A stretch of 39,990 bases of DNA from Octopus bimaculoides (lineage: Eukaryota). The stretch is from positions 18,167,457-18,207,446 of the forward strand of contig NC_069002.1 of assembly GCF_001194135.2 (NCBI RefSeq), read 5' to 3'. How positions within the stretch are numbered: the first letter of the stretch is position 1; every line of letters begins with the position of its first letter. The position numbers and the translations under genes were made by a program. The notes beneath the pieces were generated by a model that was given only the letters and a program-made list of their open reading frames with translations, was not told where the DNA came from and searched no databases. This document shows positions 1-12,347 of the stretch, piece after piece.

Positions 1-98
1 TTTACAGATTTTTATTAATGTCACATATTAAATAAAGCGCTTTTCACCTCATCGTGCAGGATTTTCAAATTGTTTCAAATTGTATATATATATGTATA

Positions 99-870
99 CA
101 TGGTGCAGCTAAATTATGCAAAAATGAAATAACACTAACATTTCATTTTAACACATATATTTACCAAAATTACATAAAAATATCTTGAAATACTAAAGAG
201 TAAATTTATTTATTAAAATCGCCATTGTCTTCAAGCACAGCCTCCAGATGACTTCAGAATCTTCTGCAATTCTTCTGGATGGTCTCCTTGTTTAAGTTGG
301 TGAATGCTGCCATAATCCTTGCATTCATGTAATCTTTGGTGTTGCAAGGAATTTTTGTTGATCTCTCGCTCAACTGCACCCGACACATAATAATCAAGGG
401 GGTTGCAGTCTAGGGAGTTAGGTGGCCGGGTGTTAGGGTCTGATGTGGTTGCAGAAATTGACAACTATGACTGGATTCTCCTGCTTGTGTGGCATGGTGC
501 AGAGTCCTGTTGCCAGACATAGGGTCTTCCAGCAGCCACCCTCTTGACCCAGGATAGCACTACCACCTCCAGGTACTTGATATAGGCATCTGTATTGAGT
601 TTGAGGCTGTGCGGGAAGATGAATAACGTTGCCATCATTAGGGATCACTCCAAACACCATGATGTTGACTGGGCGTTTGATTTTTATCACTCTCGGAACA
701 TATCCTCAGACTGACATCCAAAACACTCTGAAATGTTTTCATATTGGAGCTTCCGGTGTGAATGCCAAGCAGTACAGCATGTCGCTTCCAAATTTCTGGC
801 CGAGTGAAATGCGTCATGGTGCTGGATTTCTCACAGATGAGACCCAACTGACCCTGCTATACTGTGTAGT
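99..870 (-). mobile_element. Internally deleted Tc1/mariner-superfamily DNA transposon (maT/DD37D-like)
   Basis: Frameshifted transposase pieces VNIMVFGVI, QQDSAPCHTS and PPNSLDCNPLDYYVSGAVERE. The N-terminal piece MTHFTRPEIWKRHAVLLGI is joined directly to the catalytic region. One terminus is TA|CATGGTGCAGC at 97-99; the other terminus was not located. Confidence 0.8.
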
Positions 871-939
871 TTACAAAATCAAAACATAAACAATGCATAA
901 GTGCGAAATTAAGAATATAAAATGGCGACAATTTCCCCA

Positions 940-1073
940 TTGCACCAACCACATGGTTCTGGGTTCATTCCCACTGTGTGGCACCTTAGGCAAGTGACTT
1001 CTACTATAGCCCCGGGCCGATCAAACCCTTGTGAGTGGATTCCGTAGACGGAAACTGAAAGAAGCCCGTCGTA

Positions 1074-1113
<40 letters not shown>

Positions 1114-1332
1114 TGTATATGTTTGTGCACCTGTGTTTGTCCCCCCGCAACATCGCTTGACAACCGATGGTGGTGTGTTTACGTCACCGTAACTTAGCGG
1201 TTCAGCAAAAGATTCGATAGAATAAGTACTAGGCTTACAAAGAATAAGTCCTGGGATTGATTTGCTCGACTAAAGGCAGTGCTCCAGCATGGCTGCAGTC
1301 AAATGACTGAAACAAGTAAAAGAGTAAAAGAG
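940..1332 (+). mobile_element. Octopus-type SINE with internal (AT)n; head truncated
   Basis: Recognisable blocks ccaaccacatggttc..ggcaccttaggcaag.., gtagacggaaactgaaagaagcccgtcg and cagcatggctgcagtcaaatgactgaaacaagtaaaagagtaaaagag; same family as 39560-39930. Confidence 0.75.
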
Positions 1333-1589
1333 TAAATGTATAATGGCTTTTAGCACCAAAGACACACTTCTCATTGTTGTTTTTCCTCCATTTTCTTATC
1401 GTCTATATATACATTAAACTACGGTTTACCTTTTAAATTGCATGCTGCCGTATACCTGATACCAAGGACCATGCTTACTGAGGTAATTACCAGGAGTGCC
1501 TTTGGATACATCTATCCTTTAGCAGGTTTAAACACCTCTAACGTTATATATATATATATATATTATTTATATTATAAAGAGAAGAGAGA

Positions 1590-1755
1590 GAGAGAAAAGA
1601 GAAGAGAACGTGAGAGATAGGGGGAAAGAGAGAGGGGGAGGGACAGACGGGAGAAGATAGAGAGAAAAGGAAAGAGAGTGAGAGAGAAAAGAGAAGAGAG
1701 CGAGAGAGAGAGAGCGAGAGAGAGAGAGAGAGAGAGAGATAGAGAGAGAGATAGA
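1590..1755. repeat. GA-rich microsatellite; others include (CTAT)n 4180-4268, (GA)n 12252-12345, (CA)n 28065-28205, (GA)n 29076-29127, 30490-30558, 39299-39368 and (CA)n 39931-39990
   Basis: Read directly; several flank assembly gaps. Confidence 0.95.
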
Positions 1756-4177
1756 TGTAAGAAACATTAAACCCAAGTGTGTAGGCGTCTATCCAAGTAG
1801 AGTAATTCTTACTACATCCCTTTATTCTATAAATCTTTTATCCTTTTTGTATTTCGTTAACCACAGTCTATGTTATGACACACTAAATCTTAAATATAAC
1901 ACTATAAAAGAGGCATAATTACACAAGAGGGACCCTACCAAATTAGTTTCCTTATAACTTTCAGAAAAATGAGCTTTATTTAATGAAATTTTTTACAAAT
2001 ATTTCTGAGATCATAAACATCTTCACAGACAGATATATTAACACACATCATGTATTTTAAAGTATTCTTTCAAAATTTTCAGGTTTCATACTGTAGATAT
2101 ATAGTTGATAAGTAACAGAAGTTCGGCGAATATTTCCTTTGTTATGTCTAATACTTCTTTGGAGATATTTTATTTTCTCACCTTCAATAAAATATAACCA
2201 TTAATAATACGACAAAATGTCTATAACAAGTTTTAGATTGATGTCTAACATTCGTGACAAGAACTTTTACACTTTCAAACCTCAACTGATTTACTTTACG
2301 TTTGACGTCAAACAATTCTGATATTTCTCACATTTACGCTCTTACTTTTCTTTCGTTTTATGCTTACCTACAATAGCCACATAGTTCCACTGGTCACGCC
2401 ACCTGTTAGAAATAACAGCCAACTCTGTCCCAAAATATGATAACGGCCAAATCACTTTCACTATCTTAACTTCTTTTCTAATAGATGGACTTTGAATTCC
2501 AGTTCATGACAGACCATTCACTTAAGCAATCCCAGAGATTGGTCAACAGCTGTGTCCCACAAACAGAATAGAGTTGCACGGTTCAATAAGTGGAGGACAC
2601 ACAGAGAAGGTGTCCGATGGGCATCTGAGAGAGAGAGTTAGACGCTCCGGATACATTATATACATCAGTTATTCCCTAATACACTGCTGTATACTTCGTC
2701 TATATTTTCCGTGCTTTATCCACATTTGGAGGTGTTGTGAGACGCGACGTAGATCGGTGTTGTGCCGTGTAGTGAGTGAGTGATGCGGCATTATTTTCAT
2801 AATCTTATTCGGCAAAACTTCAATCTCTACATTCGTAGAATCGGCTTCAATTCAAGGGGCCGTTATTTGTTGAGTGTTCGGCAATAGCGGCCTTAAAACC
2901 TTCTTCCATCACACGCTTCAAATCTGGTGGTCATTGATGCCGACACTGCTCCTGAACAAACTCGACACACTCGGCAATGGAACAAAGATGATGGCTGCAC
3001 TCATAGGGTGTCACTCCGTCCATGAGCATTTCGTAGATATGTCCGTCTCCTGCCACCGGACTGAGCCTCGGTTCGGTTAAGAATGAGAATTTGAGATGTG
3101 AAGTCATCTGGATTAAAAGCAGTTTGGCCGAGAATCATTCAGTGAGTACAGTAAACTTTGACGCCTTTCAAGGATTGTAGAAAGAGTAACCGGGTTACCG
3201 GATAAAACGAACACCACTACACCGCGATACACTGCATCTTTTAATGTAGAATGTGTTTCCGCAAAGAGACTTCACAGATCGAAGTGTGGTTACTACTTCA
3301 CGAAGTACGTCACGAAATGGCAAGTTAAGTGGTAAGCAAGCAATCACTTTAGTCTGGAGCTGTGAGAAGAAGCTGTTGTTTGTGTGACGAACTGTTTCCT
3401 TTATTCGACTGGTAAAGAGAGTGTAAAGGTTGACAGTGGGCTGCCATCTGATTGGCAAGAAAGGCACGTCGACTTGTATTCTAGCGCTAGTACACCTCGA
3501 TTTGTAGGGGGACGCTTGAAAGAGTGACTTTTGGTGGCGGAAAAAAATCTTTCTTCCTACACACTGCCTCCTTCTCACGCATTCTCATGGAGGATCTGTT
3601 GCCGATGATTCGACTGACCATTGGGTCAAGGAAACCCTCGCATCGGCTGTTGGAAAGTGGCATGAGATTCCGCGTCTCTCGTCTCCCTAGTCGTCGACAC
3701 CCATCGAAGACACTGCGTTTATCCTCTGCGCAACTGTTCCAATGCGACCAGCCCAAGTAATACACCTCATCACCGAGACCGGTCAACCGCTAGCGACGGA
3801 CGCGATGCGTAACGTTCAGTGGATTCCAGCACGAAGGGGTTCATCTGACGGGGAATGAGAAGCATCTGCGTATGTATCTACGTCCGACGACTAGAAGAAT
3901 CAAATCGACTGAAAGAATAACAGCGAAACGTATACTCACAAGAGCGTGGAAGGGTGATCGGTCTTACCAGAGCTGAGGGTTATGTCGTTGTTGCTTCTAA
4001 ACTAAGAGATTCCCAACACTCTATAAAGAATCTTATTATGAATGTGTTTCTGGTTGATGAAAAAGTAAAATAATGACTCTGGATTTGTTGTGGTAGTCAA
4101 CAGATCTAACTGTTTACTGTAGTAAATATAAATATCACTAATTATAAACCTCTGGTTAGGCTGCGTTGATATGAATA

Positions 4178-4268
<91 letters not shown>

Positions 4269-4987
4269 NNNNNNNNNNNNNNNNNNNNNNNNNNNNNNNN
4301 NNNNNNNNNNNNNNNNNNNNNNNNNNNNNNNNNNNNNNNNNNNNNNNNNNNNNNNNNNNNNNNNNNNNNNNNNNNNNNNNNNNNNNNNNNNNNNNNNNNN
4401 NNNNNNNNNNNNNNNNNNNNNNNNNNNNNNNNNNNNNNNNNNNNNNNNNNNNNNNNNNNNNNNNNNNNNNNNNNNNNNNNNNNNNNNNNNNNNNNNNNNN
4501 NNNNNNNNNNNNNNNNNNNNNNNNNNNNNNNNNNNNNNNNNNNNNNNNNNNNNNNNNNNNNNNNNNNNNNNNNNNNNNNNNNNNNNNNNNNNNNNNNNNN
4601 NNNNNNNNNNNNNNNNNNNNNNNNNNNNNNNNNNNNNNNNNNNNNNNNNNNNNNNNNNNNNNNNNNNNNNNNNNNNNNNNNNNNNNNNNNNNNNNNNNNN
4701 NNNNNNNNNNNNNNNNNNNNNNNNNNNNNNNNNNNNNNNNNNNNNNNNNNNNNNNNNNNNNNNNNNNNNNNNNNNNNNNNNNNNNNNNNNNNNNNNNNNN
4801 NNNNNNNNNNNNNNNNNNNNNNNNNNNNNNNNNNNNNNNNNNNNNNNNNNNNNNNNNNNNNNNNNNNNNNNNNNNNNNNNNNNNNNNNNNNNNNNNNNNN
4901 NNNNNNNNNNNNNNNNNNNNNNNNNNNNNNNNNNNNNNNNNNNNNNNNNNNNNNNNNNNNNNNNNNNNNNNNNNNNNNNNNNNNNNN

Positions 4988-5019
<32 letters not shown>

Positions 5020-5789
5020 AGCGATGTTCAGCATGTATGTTGAAGATACCGACGTTTCACTAGTACGTTATAAGATAGTTTAAATAGGATAAGATGTGAT
5101 TTTGATAGCAAGGTGAACATATTTGCAGAAGTGAATTTAAGAAGTTGTGTTTATCTTAAGAATGTTATTTCGTTTCTTCATACTGGGTTGACTGTATTAT
5201 CTCGTGTTGACAAAGGCTTCTGTATAATTTCATAAAAGGGCATGCAAATAAATCTTTAACTAATTCGTTTTCCTTATAATCATACAATGAGAGTTAGTAC
5301 AGATAATAGCAAGAGAAGGACTGGATTTAACATCAATAATTTATTTACAGAAAGTAAAATTATATACAATGAATTTATTACAACGTAATAGTGATAGGAA
5401 AAATTGCAGTATATATTATAATGAAAATAAAAATATTTTAAAAGAATCTGTCACGAGAATGACGACAGGAAAGCTTTTCGTAGCTAGTTCCTCAAAACTA
5501 CTCTAAAAAGGTTGAAAAAAGCATGACATAAGGTCATGAAAGATGAGCAATGCAAAATAGCATATCCAGAATGAGTTGCGGGGTTCCATGTGGCAACCTA
5601 GTGTCACTGAAAATTTTTCCAAAAATCAGGGTTTTTATAACTGCCGTAAACCCGATTCTAAGAACCTTTCTCCATGGAAAAGAAACTTTTCACGAAGACT
5701 AGATTGATGTATGGACTGTAAAATTGACCAATGAAAAAAGTAAGACATTTATAAATGAAAGAGAGCCAACACGACTATGACGTCACGTT

Positions 5790-6140
5790 GCTGCTAAAGT
5801 CTTATAACCACTACACTATTCATAATTCTCTCGATATTAATAAACCACCCTGGGCCTTTAGCAGTAAAGCAGACCCACAACAATATCCTAATTATGTGGT
5901 TTGGTGCTTGTTGCACGTGCTTTGGCTGACGAGGCTCACCTTTGCTGCATCTCACTACCACTGACCTGTATCCATGCACTTCAAAATGTGATTCATCGTT
6001 ACTCCAATATTTCTCCGTCCATCTAGAATGATCGCGTGCACAGCGGAGACGGTTTCTCTTCATAATACCAGTCAATAAATCTTTACGTAGAGGCTTTCTG
6101 GTAGGTCTGTACTATAAGACGAAACATTTACATCAGCCGA
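5790..6140 (-). mobile_element. Degenerate Tc1-type transposase fragment
   Basis: YRPTRKP..LLTGIMKRNRLRCARDHSRWTEKYWSNDESHFE...LLWVCFTAKGPGWFINIERIMNS matches the Tc1 RKP / (F)SDES / WGCF..G.G motifs; termini unclear. Confidence 0.65.
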
Positions 6141-6817
6141 AGCCAAATCTTTCTGAAAGGACACCTTGATGCGTGCAAGTGGTGATCCATCTTACCAGAG
6201 CTGAGGGTTATGTCATCAGCCGAAAGGTAGATTGCATCTTTGTAGCCCTATGCCACCGTGAGAACCATTCTCACCAGATCGAGAAGCACAACATTCACAA
6301 TAAAAGTAATTGTCCCATCCACCCGCAGTCGACATGCACCCTAAAGTTCGGTTCCTTGAGGGATCAGCGGCATGAGATATATAAGAAACCGGTTCCTTTT
6401 GTTAAAAGCATATAGGTCGGCGTGAGAAATATCGGGTCGGTGGTGGAAAACTGAAGCAGATGCACTGTTACCTCGACGAAATTCAGCTGCATGAAGCGCC
6501 CCCCTACCTTTGTGACCCACCATGTGTTTCATTTTTCTCAAACAAAGGCTTGAAATTTTATTTAAATAACAAAATTTCATGGTCTTCTCCTCGTACAAGC
6601 ATATTAAGTTTATGAATTTGTCCAAAACTGTCTTACGAATAGAATAATTTGTGTAATGAATCTTCATTTTGAAATAAATCTGAATTTTATCTGTTCAAAG
6701 CTCGTCCATTTGATAGCAATCCCACTCCTGTTTTCCCTAAAACGTTGCTGAAATTGCATCTCATTTTGTCAGAAAAGAGGCAACTATGCAGTGCACAACT
6801 TTTAATAATGTCAATAT

Positions 6818-7620
6818 CAATGGTCAAGACATATTTTCTGGCACGAAGTTTATCAGTGGTTTTTAGCTCATTTTGGGACGCTGAATCCAAATCTGGCATC
6901 AGGTTTTGTTTATCACATCAGATTTTTGAGATATAAAATCTTTTATGTTTGCCGGAAACAGCTATTTAATGCTTATAAAGGAAGAATTAAACATGCGTAG
7001 ATGCAATTTTTCAAAGACAATATGTCTTTCTTTTTTAATCTAATAAATCAATACACAGGAGTAAACGAACATTAGCATGTAAAAATTAAGCTTGGTGATA
7101 ACAAACTATGAATACAAAATCTTTATTCACTGTAGTCATTCATTCCGATCATCTTATTACTGCAAGAACTTCCTCTGTTTTGATTATCTCTTGTGCACAG
7201 CTTCTGAAATGTCTCACATCAAGCTCCAGCAGTAATCTGTCATCATGTTTGAGTCCCATCGGCCTTGGTTTTGTTCTTTGATTATTTTCACATATTGATG
7301 AAAGCGTTCAACATGTTCTTCGTTAACATCAGCCAGGTTCTCTGAAAACTCAACCAAGTGTCTAAATAGTGCAATTTAATGTTCATTCTACACTCAAGTG
7401 CATGCAAACTCAAGAGCAGGTCCCCCACAATCTCTTGATAGTCGTTAGCGTTCCTGTTTCCAAGGAAATTTTGCACCACATCAGAGGACATTCTAAGCTC
7501 TAGCTTCTGCTGCACTCATTGCTGTAACAAAATATGGATCCCTGAGGATTATTCTTATTTTGAGGTCCATCAAATATTCCTGCCTTCTTCTTCAGGTCAC
7601 TGAGATTTGGAAATGTTGTG
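6818..7620 (-). mobile_element. DNA transposon 3' half, tentatively CMC/Chapaev-3-like
   Basis: Frameshifted FPNLSDLKKKAGIFDGPQIR..., DVVQNFLGNRNANDYQEIVGDLLLSLHALECRMNIKLHYL. Subterminal gccagatttggattcagcgtcccaaaa, terminus near 6818 (caatggtcaa, CACTGG-like). Superfamily assignment is from memory. Confidence 0.65.
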
Positions 7621-7659
7621 TATATATATNNNNNNNNNNNNNNNNNNNNNNNATATATA

Positions 7660-8130
7660 TACGGCAATCAAAAGGTTTGACGAATTGCTTCATCACATCA
7701 AGTTCTTCCCATCAACCAGAGGGTCATTAATGATGGTTTTGTCAACGAAGCCCTGTACCTGATCAGTTCTTCAACACACTCACACCATCTGGGCGTCTAT
7801 CACATATTCTCTAACTAAAGAAACAAGTCTCATTATGCTTTTGAGAAATTTAGATGTTAGAAATGGCCATTGAATGGCAAAGGCTTACATCATGGTCTAC
7901 TTACATGATCATTTTATTGAGGTTGAGGATCAAGACTGTTAATCCCTAGAATACCACTTGGAACTCAATGGAATTCCCTTTCCCATTTACCACACAACCA
8001 ACGTCCTGTGAAGCCAGTCTTTGCCTTTACATGCAACAAGGCAAAGAAACAGACGTTTAAACAAATTGGAATATATCTTCCCACACAATTCTTCTCAAAT
8101 GGTCAGCTGCATTACTTTGGATGGAGGCTA
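7660..8130 (+). mobile_element. Helitron Pif1-like helicase C-terminal remnant
   Basis: Frameshifted IMLLRNLDVRNG, LIPRIPL and QRPVKPVFAFTCNKAKKQTFKQIGIYLPTQFFSNGQL, corresponding to the Helitron motif FPVR.AFAMTINKSQGQT...G.YL..PVFSHGQL. Confidence 0.8.
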
Positions 8131-8596
8131 ATGTAAAAATAGCGGCTGAGAGAAATAGAAAGAGTAAATTTACAGACAATCGTGTCGACATGGAGGTTCT
8201 TCTACTTGAAAGCAAAAATGCATTTTTAGCAAGTTTCATAAAATGGAATTACACTTTACGTTTTGCTTTTGAAAATCTCCACAGAATATTAAAACTGCCT
8301 ACATAACAACGGAAGCTGGGACTTACAACAACAATAACAACAACAAACGTAAGTTAATCTCTAAGAACAAGGGAGCAAAACAATTAAATGAGGCTCTATA
8401 TGGTAGATAGACCTGCTAGAATTAGTAGCCAAATCCTCTTCAATTCACACCTCGCCACACATCGGAGAATGTGGTTTTGGGTTCTCTATATTTAGTATAT
8501 AAACAGGATGGTCCTGGCCGGAATGCATTTGATTACAAGTTTCTGTTTGATCAAGGTAGAACTAGGATTAAGCAGCAACAACATTTATGCAGAAAT

Positions 8597-8802
8597 TCAC
8601 ATTATATTCGAGGGTAGACATTCAAGTGCTTCAAAGCACTCAGCTTCCTCCAGAGCTTTCCTCAATACTTCAAATGTACGATGTTCTGGACGACAACCCA
8701 TGAACCATTTGTGCAGCGTTTGGAAGCTCTGATTCAAACTGTTAAAAGGATTGTCCTGCATGATATTTTCCAGGTCAACTTGTTTAACTCCTAATTCCCT
8801 TC
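8597..8802 (-). CDS. Exon 11 (terminal): rest of death domain, TGA stop at 8597-8599
   Basis: Acceptor aatcttttgcag|GA. (G)[67 protein letters not shown]; has the death-domain L..W and T...L..AL pattern. Confidence 0.85.
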
Positions 8803-10288
8803 CTGCAAAAGATTCAACAATAAGAAATAATTGCAACAACATTAAGGATAATAAAAGAGATGTGTACTGTAGGTTGTTATAAATATAAAGAAATTATGTC
8901 ACTAGAGAAATTTAAAAATAGATAAGAAACATGAAAACTTTAAGGCATTTTTTCTAATTCTAATTCTTTCCTGTAACATTCTAATTGCATGTTTATATTC
9001 CTGGAATTGTTACCTCTCAATGCAGAGAAATAGTCACTTGACCTGGAAAGACACTGAAATCTCCAAGTCACGCACCCTGTCAAATAAAGTTACTCCGTAG
9101 ACTTTTCGGAGGAACCTAATTGCAGCTGCTTAATAACATCCCATGATCAATGTCTGAAGCAATCATCTGTGATGCCTCTCCTTCTCTGATTAATTAATAA
9201 TTAAAAAAGTATTAGCATTTAGAAGTATCTAGAAAGATATTGAACTTTAAAACTATACCAGTAAGTTTAATTGGTACATCTGGATCAATTAGAATACAAA
9301 TAAACATGATACCAGAATGATCTGGACTACACAAAGTATAAAATATAATACTGTTAGGTACACATCACGTATTATAGAAGACACCAGCTTAATCTTTCTG
9401 AGTGCATGACTCACAATAAGGATTTCCTTCACTGGATCAAGGCCACAATATATAGAGACATCAATAGTGGAGTAAACCTAGCAATGAGTAAAGTTTTAGT
9501 CTGCAGGAAAGAAGGCGGCACTGATCAACGTCTACAACTCTTAGATCCTGAATAATTCATCACTGCATCCAACAACATCTGGGAAGTCATCATATTTGAT
9601 GTGCAGAGAAGAAGTGAGAGTGGGTGGTGGGTGGTGGGTGGTAACAGGAATTTCTGCATGGAGTACCCAATGTACAAAATAGAGGCAGTAGGATGGCAGG
9701 CAGATTGAGGGAGAAAAAGGACTTTGTAAGTAGAAGATCTACAGGAATAGTTAGTTGTAAGAACAACTATGAAAGACGGAGTTTATACTTTCTGTTACCT
9801 AGGAGGCACAATTAGAAGTGAAGGAGGCTATTTTGAAAACATACAAAAGTTAAAGAAATAAATGAAAGGTAAAACTAAACAGGGAGCTATTATGTCTACG
9901 GACAATTAAGGGATTCTGTTTCCAAATGAAGGGTAGAGAGTATGATGTGTATTTGTAAAGTTCAGTTTTGCATTGAGTTTAGAGGATGTATGAAATGGGA
10001 CGAACTGAGGCGAGCATACTTCACAAGAAGTATAATGTTAATGTGTAGATACCTCTGAGCAAAGATGAGCTGGAAGAACAATTGGGTCCCCGAAGAATCA
10101 GAGACAGAGTACAAGAGAGGAGATGGTACAGATATGGGAAGGGTATGGAAGATAAAAGTTGGATAAAGAAGTGCCAGGAGATGCAGGTGGAAGATAACAA
10201 GAAGTTAAATATGACAAAGGACCACAGCGGCTGTGTGGGGGAAGTTGTCTAACTCATACCAACTTGGAAAATGGACGTATGATTATGT

Positions 10289-10325
<37 letters not shown>

Positions 10326-12249
10326 CTGTTGATTTTACCCCAGTATAGGAGTGGTACACTTTGCAGCAATCCTAAAGTATAACAAGCTGACTATGTCAAA
10401 GATGATATCTTCTCTTAATTTAGATAAATCACTTCTATCAGCTGACTGAGAAGATATTGCCATGACCTCTTACGTCAGCGATCAGAAGTTCAAATCTGGT
10501 CTCCAGCAGTGACCAATGTCCCTAGTAAAGATGTCTTACTATGGGGCAGACCAACTAGATATCAATAGGTAGAATAGGGAGGTACAAGATATTATTGTAA
10601 GTAAAGGGGACATCGTATAAAAGATATTTTTTATGTTGTTACATACTGAGACAAGTGCAAATTGGATATTGTGATGTTCATGCCTTTCCAAGTGGTATTT
10701 GTAATATAAAGAAGAGTAAAATGATTTCCATTGACAAACAAAAAAATCAAGTTTACATCTATCAGGATAATTATTTTATAATTTATGATTGTTTCATTAA
10801 CTTACAGAGCTGAATTCAATCCACCCAAGGGCACAATCGACAATGGGGCCTGTCTTATTTAAATAAAGGAATATAGGTTGAACTGGGGCCAAAGAACTAC
10901 AATAAATAGAAGGAACAGATTGGAGAGGGAAGAGACAGACAGCATCATGTCCCTGAAAATAAACCCTACTGTCTTAAAGTGGATATATTTGATAATGTAA
11001 TCCTGTGCCCCCAAAGAAAACACAGTAATGTCAGATGAGGGACACTTTTCTTCCAAATCAAGGCAAATATCTTCTTAAACAACAACAACAACAGCAATAC
11101 CCAGTCAGTAAACTTTGTAAGTATGCAAAACAAACAAAAAGATTGCCATTAACTCATCTTTGTATCACAACGCAACAAATTCCAGTTCCCTCTTCCAAAT
11201 GACAATGTTAACTTTAGTTTCTCTCTAAATTTATCCATTTTACCAAACATGATGATCTTTAAAAGAATTACTTTACAACAAACATTTCATTCGAAAATTA
11301 GGAATGGAACCTGTTCTCAGTCAATTTGATAATCTAAAGTTCAGGTAAAGGTAAAATTTATAAAAATCAATTAGATATTTTATACTCACCAACTTGCTGC
11401 CATTTATTTCCTAACCTTTTTGCCACATTATTGAGATGGTTCACCGTCAGCTCTGGACTCTCTGAAATAAATATTTAAAAGTTTTACAAATAATAGTAAA
11501 ATATCTTTATCTCTACTAATAATTTTAGTATTGTGAGACATCAATGGTCAGCTGGTGACCACCATGGCTTTGCTCAATATTTGTATACTATCCACAGTGT
11601 TACCATATAACAGGACAATATTCATCCTCAGTATTTAAATCCTATATCCTAACTGAACACTCTCTATGGAACAGCAACACCTCCTGGGGCACTCTTCACT
11701 CTTACATTCGTTACAAACATATATATTGGTTCTGTGCTACTTTCAAATTGATCCATGGGTTGGGGTGTTTGATATCGCTTTGGGTCACTGTAGGTCTCTT
11801 GTATTTGCTTGTCCAGTTCATCTTCAGTGCATGTTAGCCTGCTACTCTTAGCATTTGCAAACAACTTCCTAGTAACCTCATAAGGGTTCTTAAGGACCTG
11901 ATCTGATCTGATTAGTCTCCTTTCTTCTTTCAACATGTCTGATATTTCTTTGCATAAGTTAGAGAGGAACATTTAATCATGTTGGGGATGTTACAATCAT
12001 TCTAGTGCTTCCGGCATAATAAAATGTACCTAGGGCCCTTTATAAAGTGGTTGGTGTTTGGAAGGGTATACCACCATATAAAATTTGGAATGCTTAAATG
12101 AGATGTGTTTCTCAAGCAATCAATGTGAGCAGTAATTCTAAATAAGAACTGACTTGGACAGTGACCACCCATCAAAGAATGGAAAGCAGATGATAAATAA
12201 TGAAACGATGTCATTGATTGTATTATATCTTTCAGCCAGTGTCTATATT

Positions 12250-12347
<98 letters not shown>

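Noticed and set aside
3145-3185. LQSLKGVKVYCTH resembling Argonaute IKGLKVEVTH
   Set aside because: The match is about 10 residues, is followed by a stop, and has no flanking PAZ or PIWI similarity.
2570-4140. Bacterial contamination as the source of the GC-rich island
   Set aside because: It is contiguous on its left with host AT-rich sequence and runs into a host-type (CTAT)n tract; frames are decayed, with no intact genes or operon structure. A chimeric join cannot be fully excluded without reads.
4171-5043. Long ORFs spanning N runs (also 19180-19824)
   Set aside because: They are assembly-gap artefacts.
9094-9185. Exon-like segment (cag|..[29 protein letters not shown]..|gtaact) between exons 10 and 11
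   Set aside because: It has an in-frame stop and an awkward acceptor phase; exon 10 already joins exon 11 in phase and completes the death domain.
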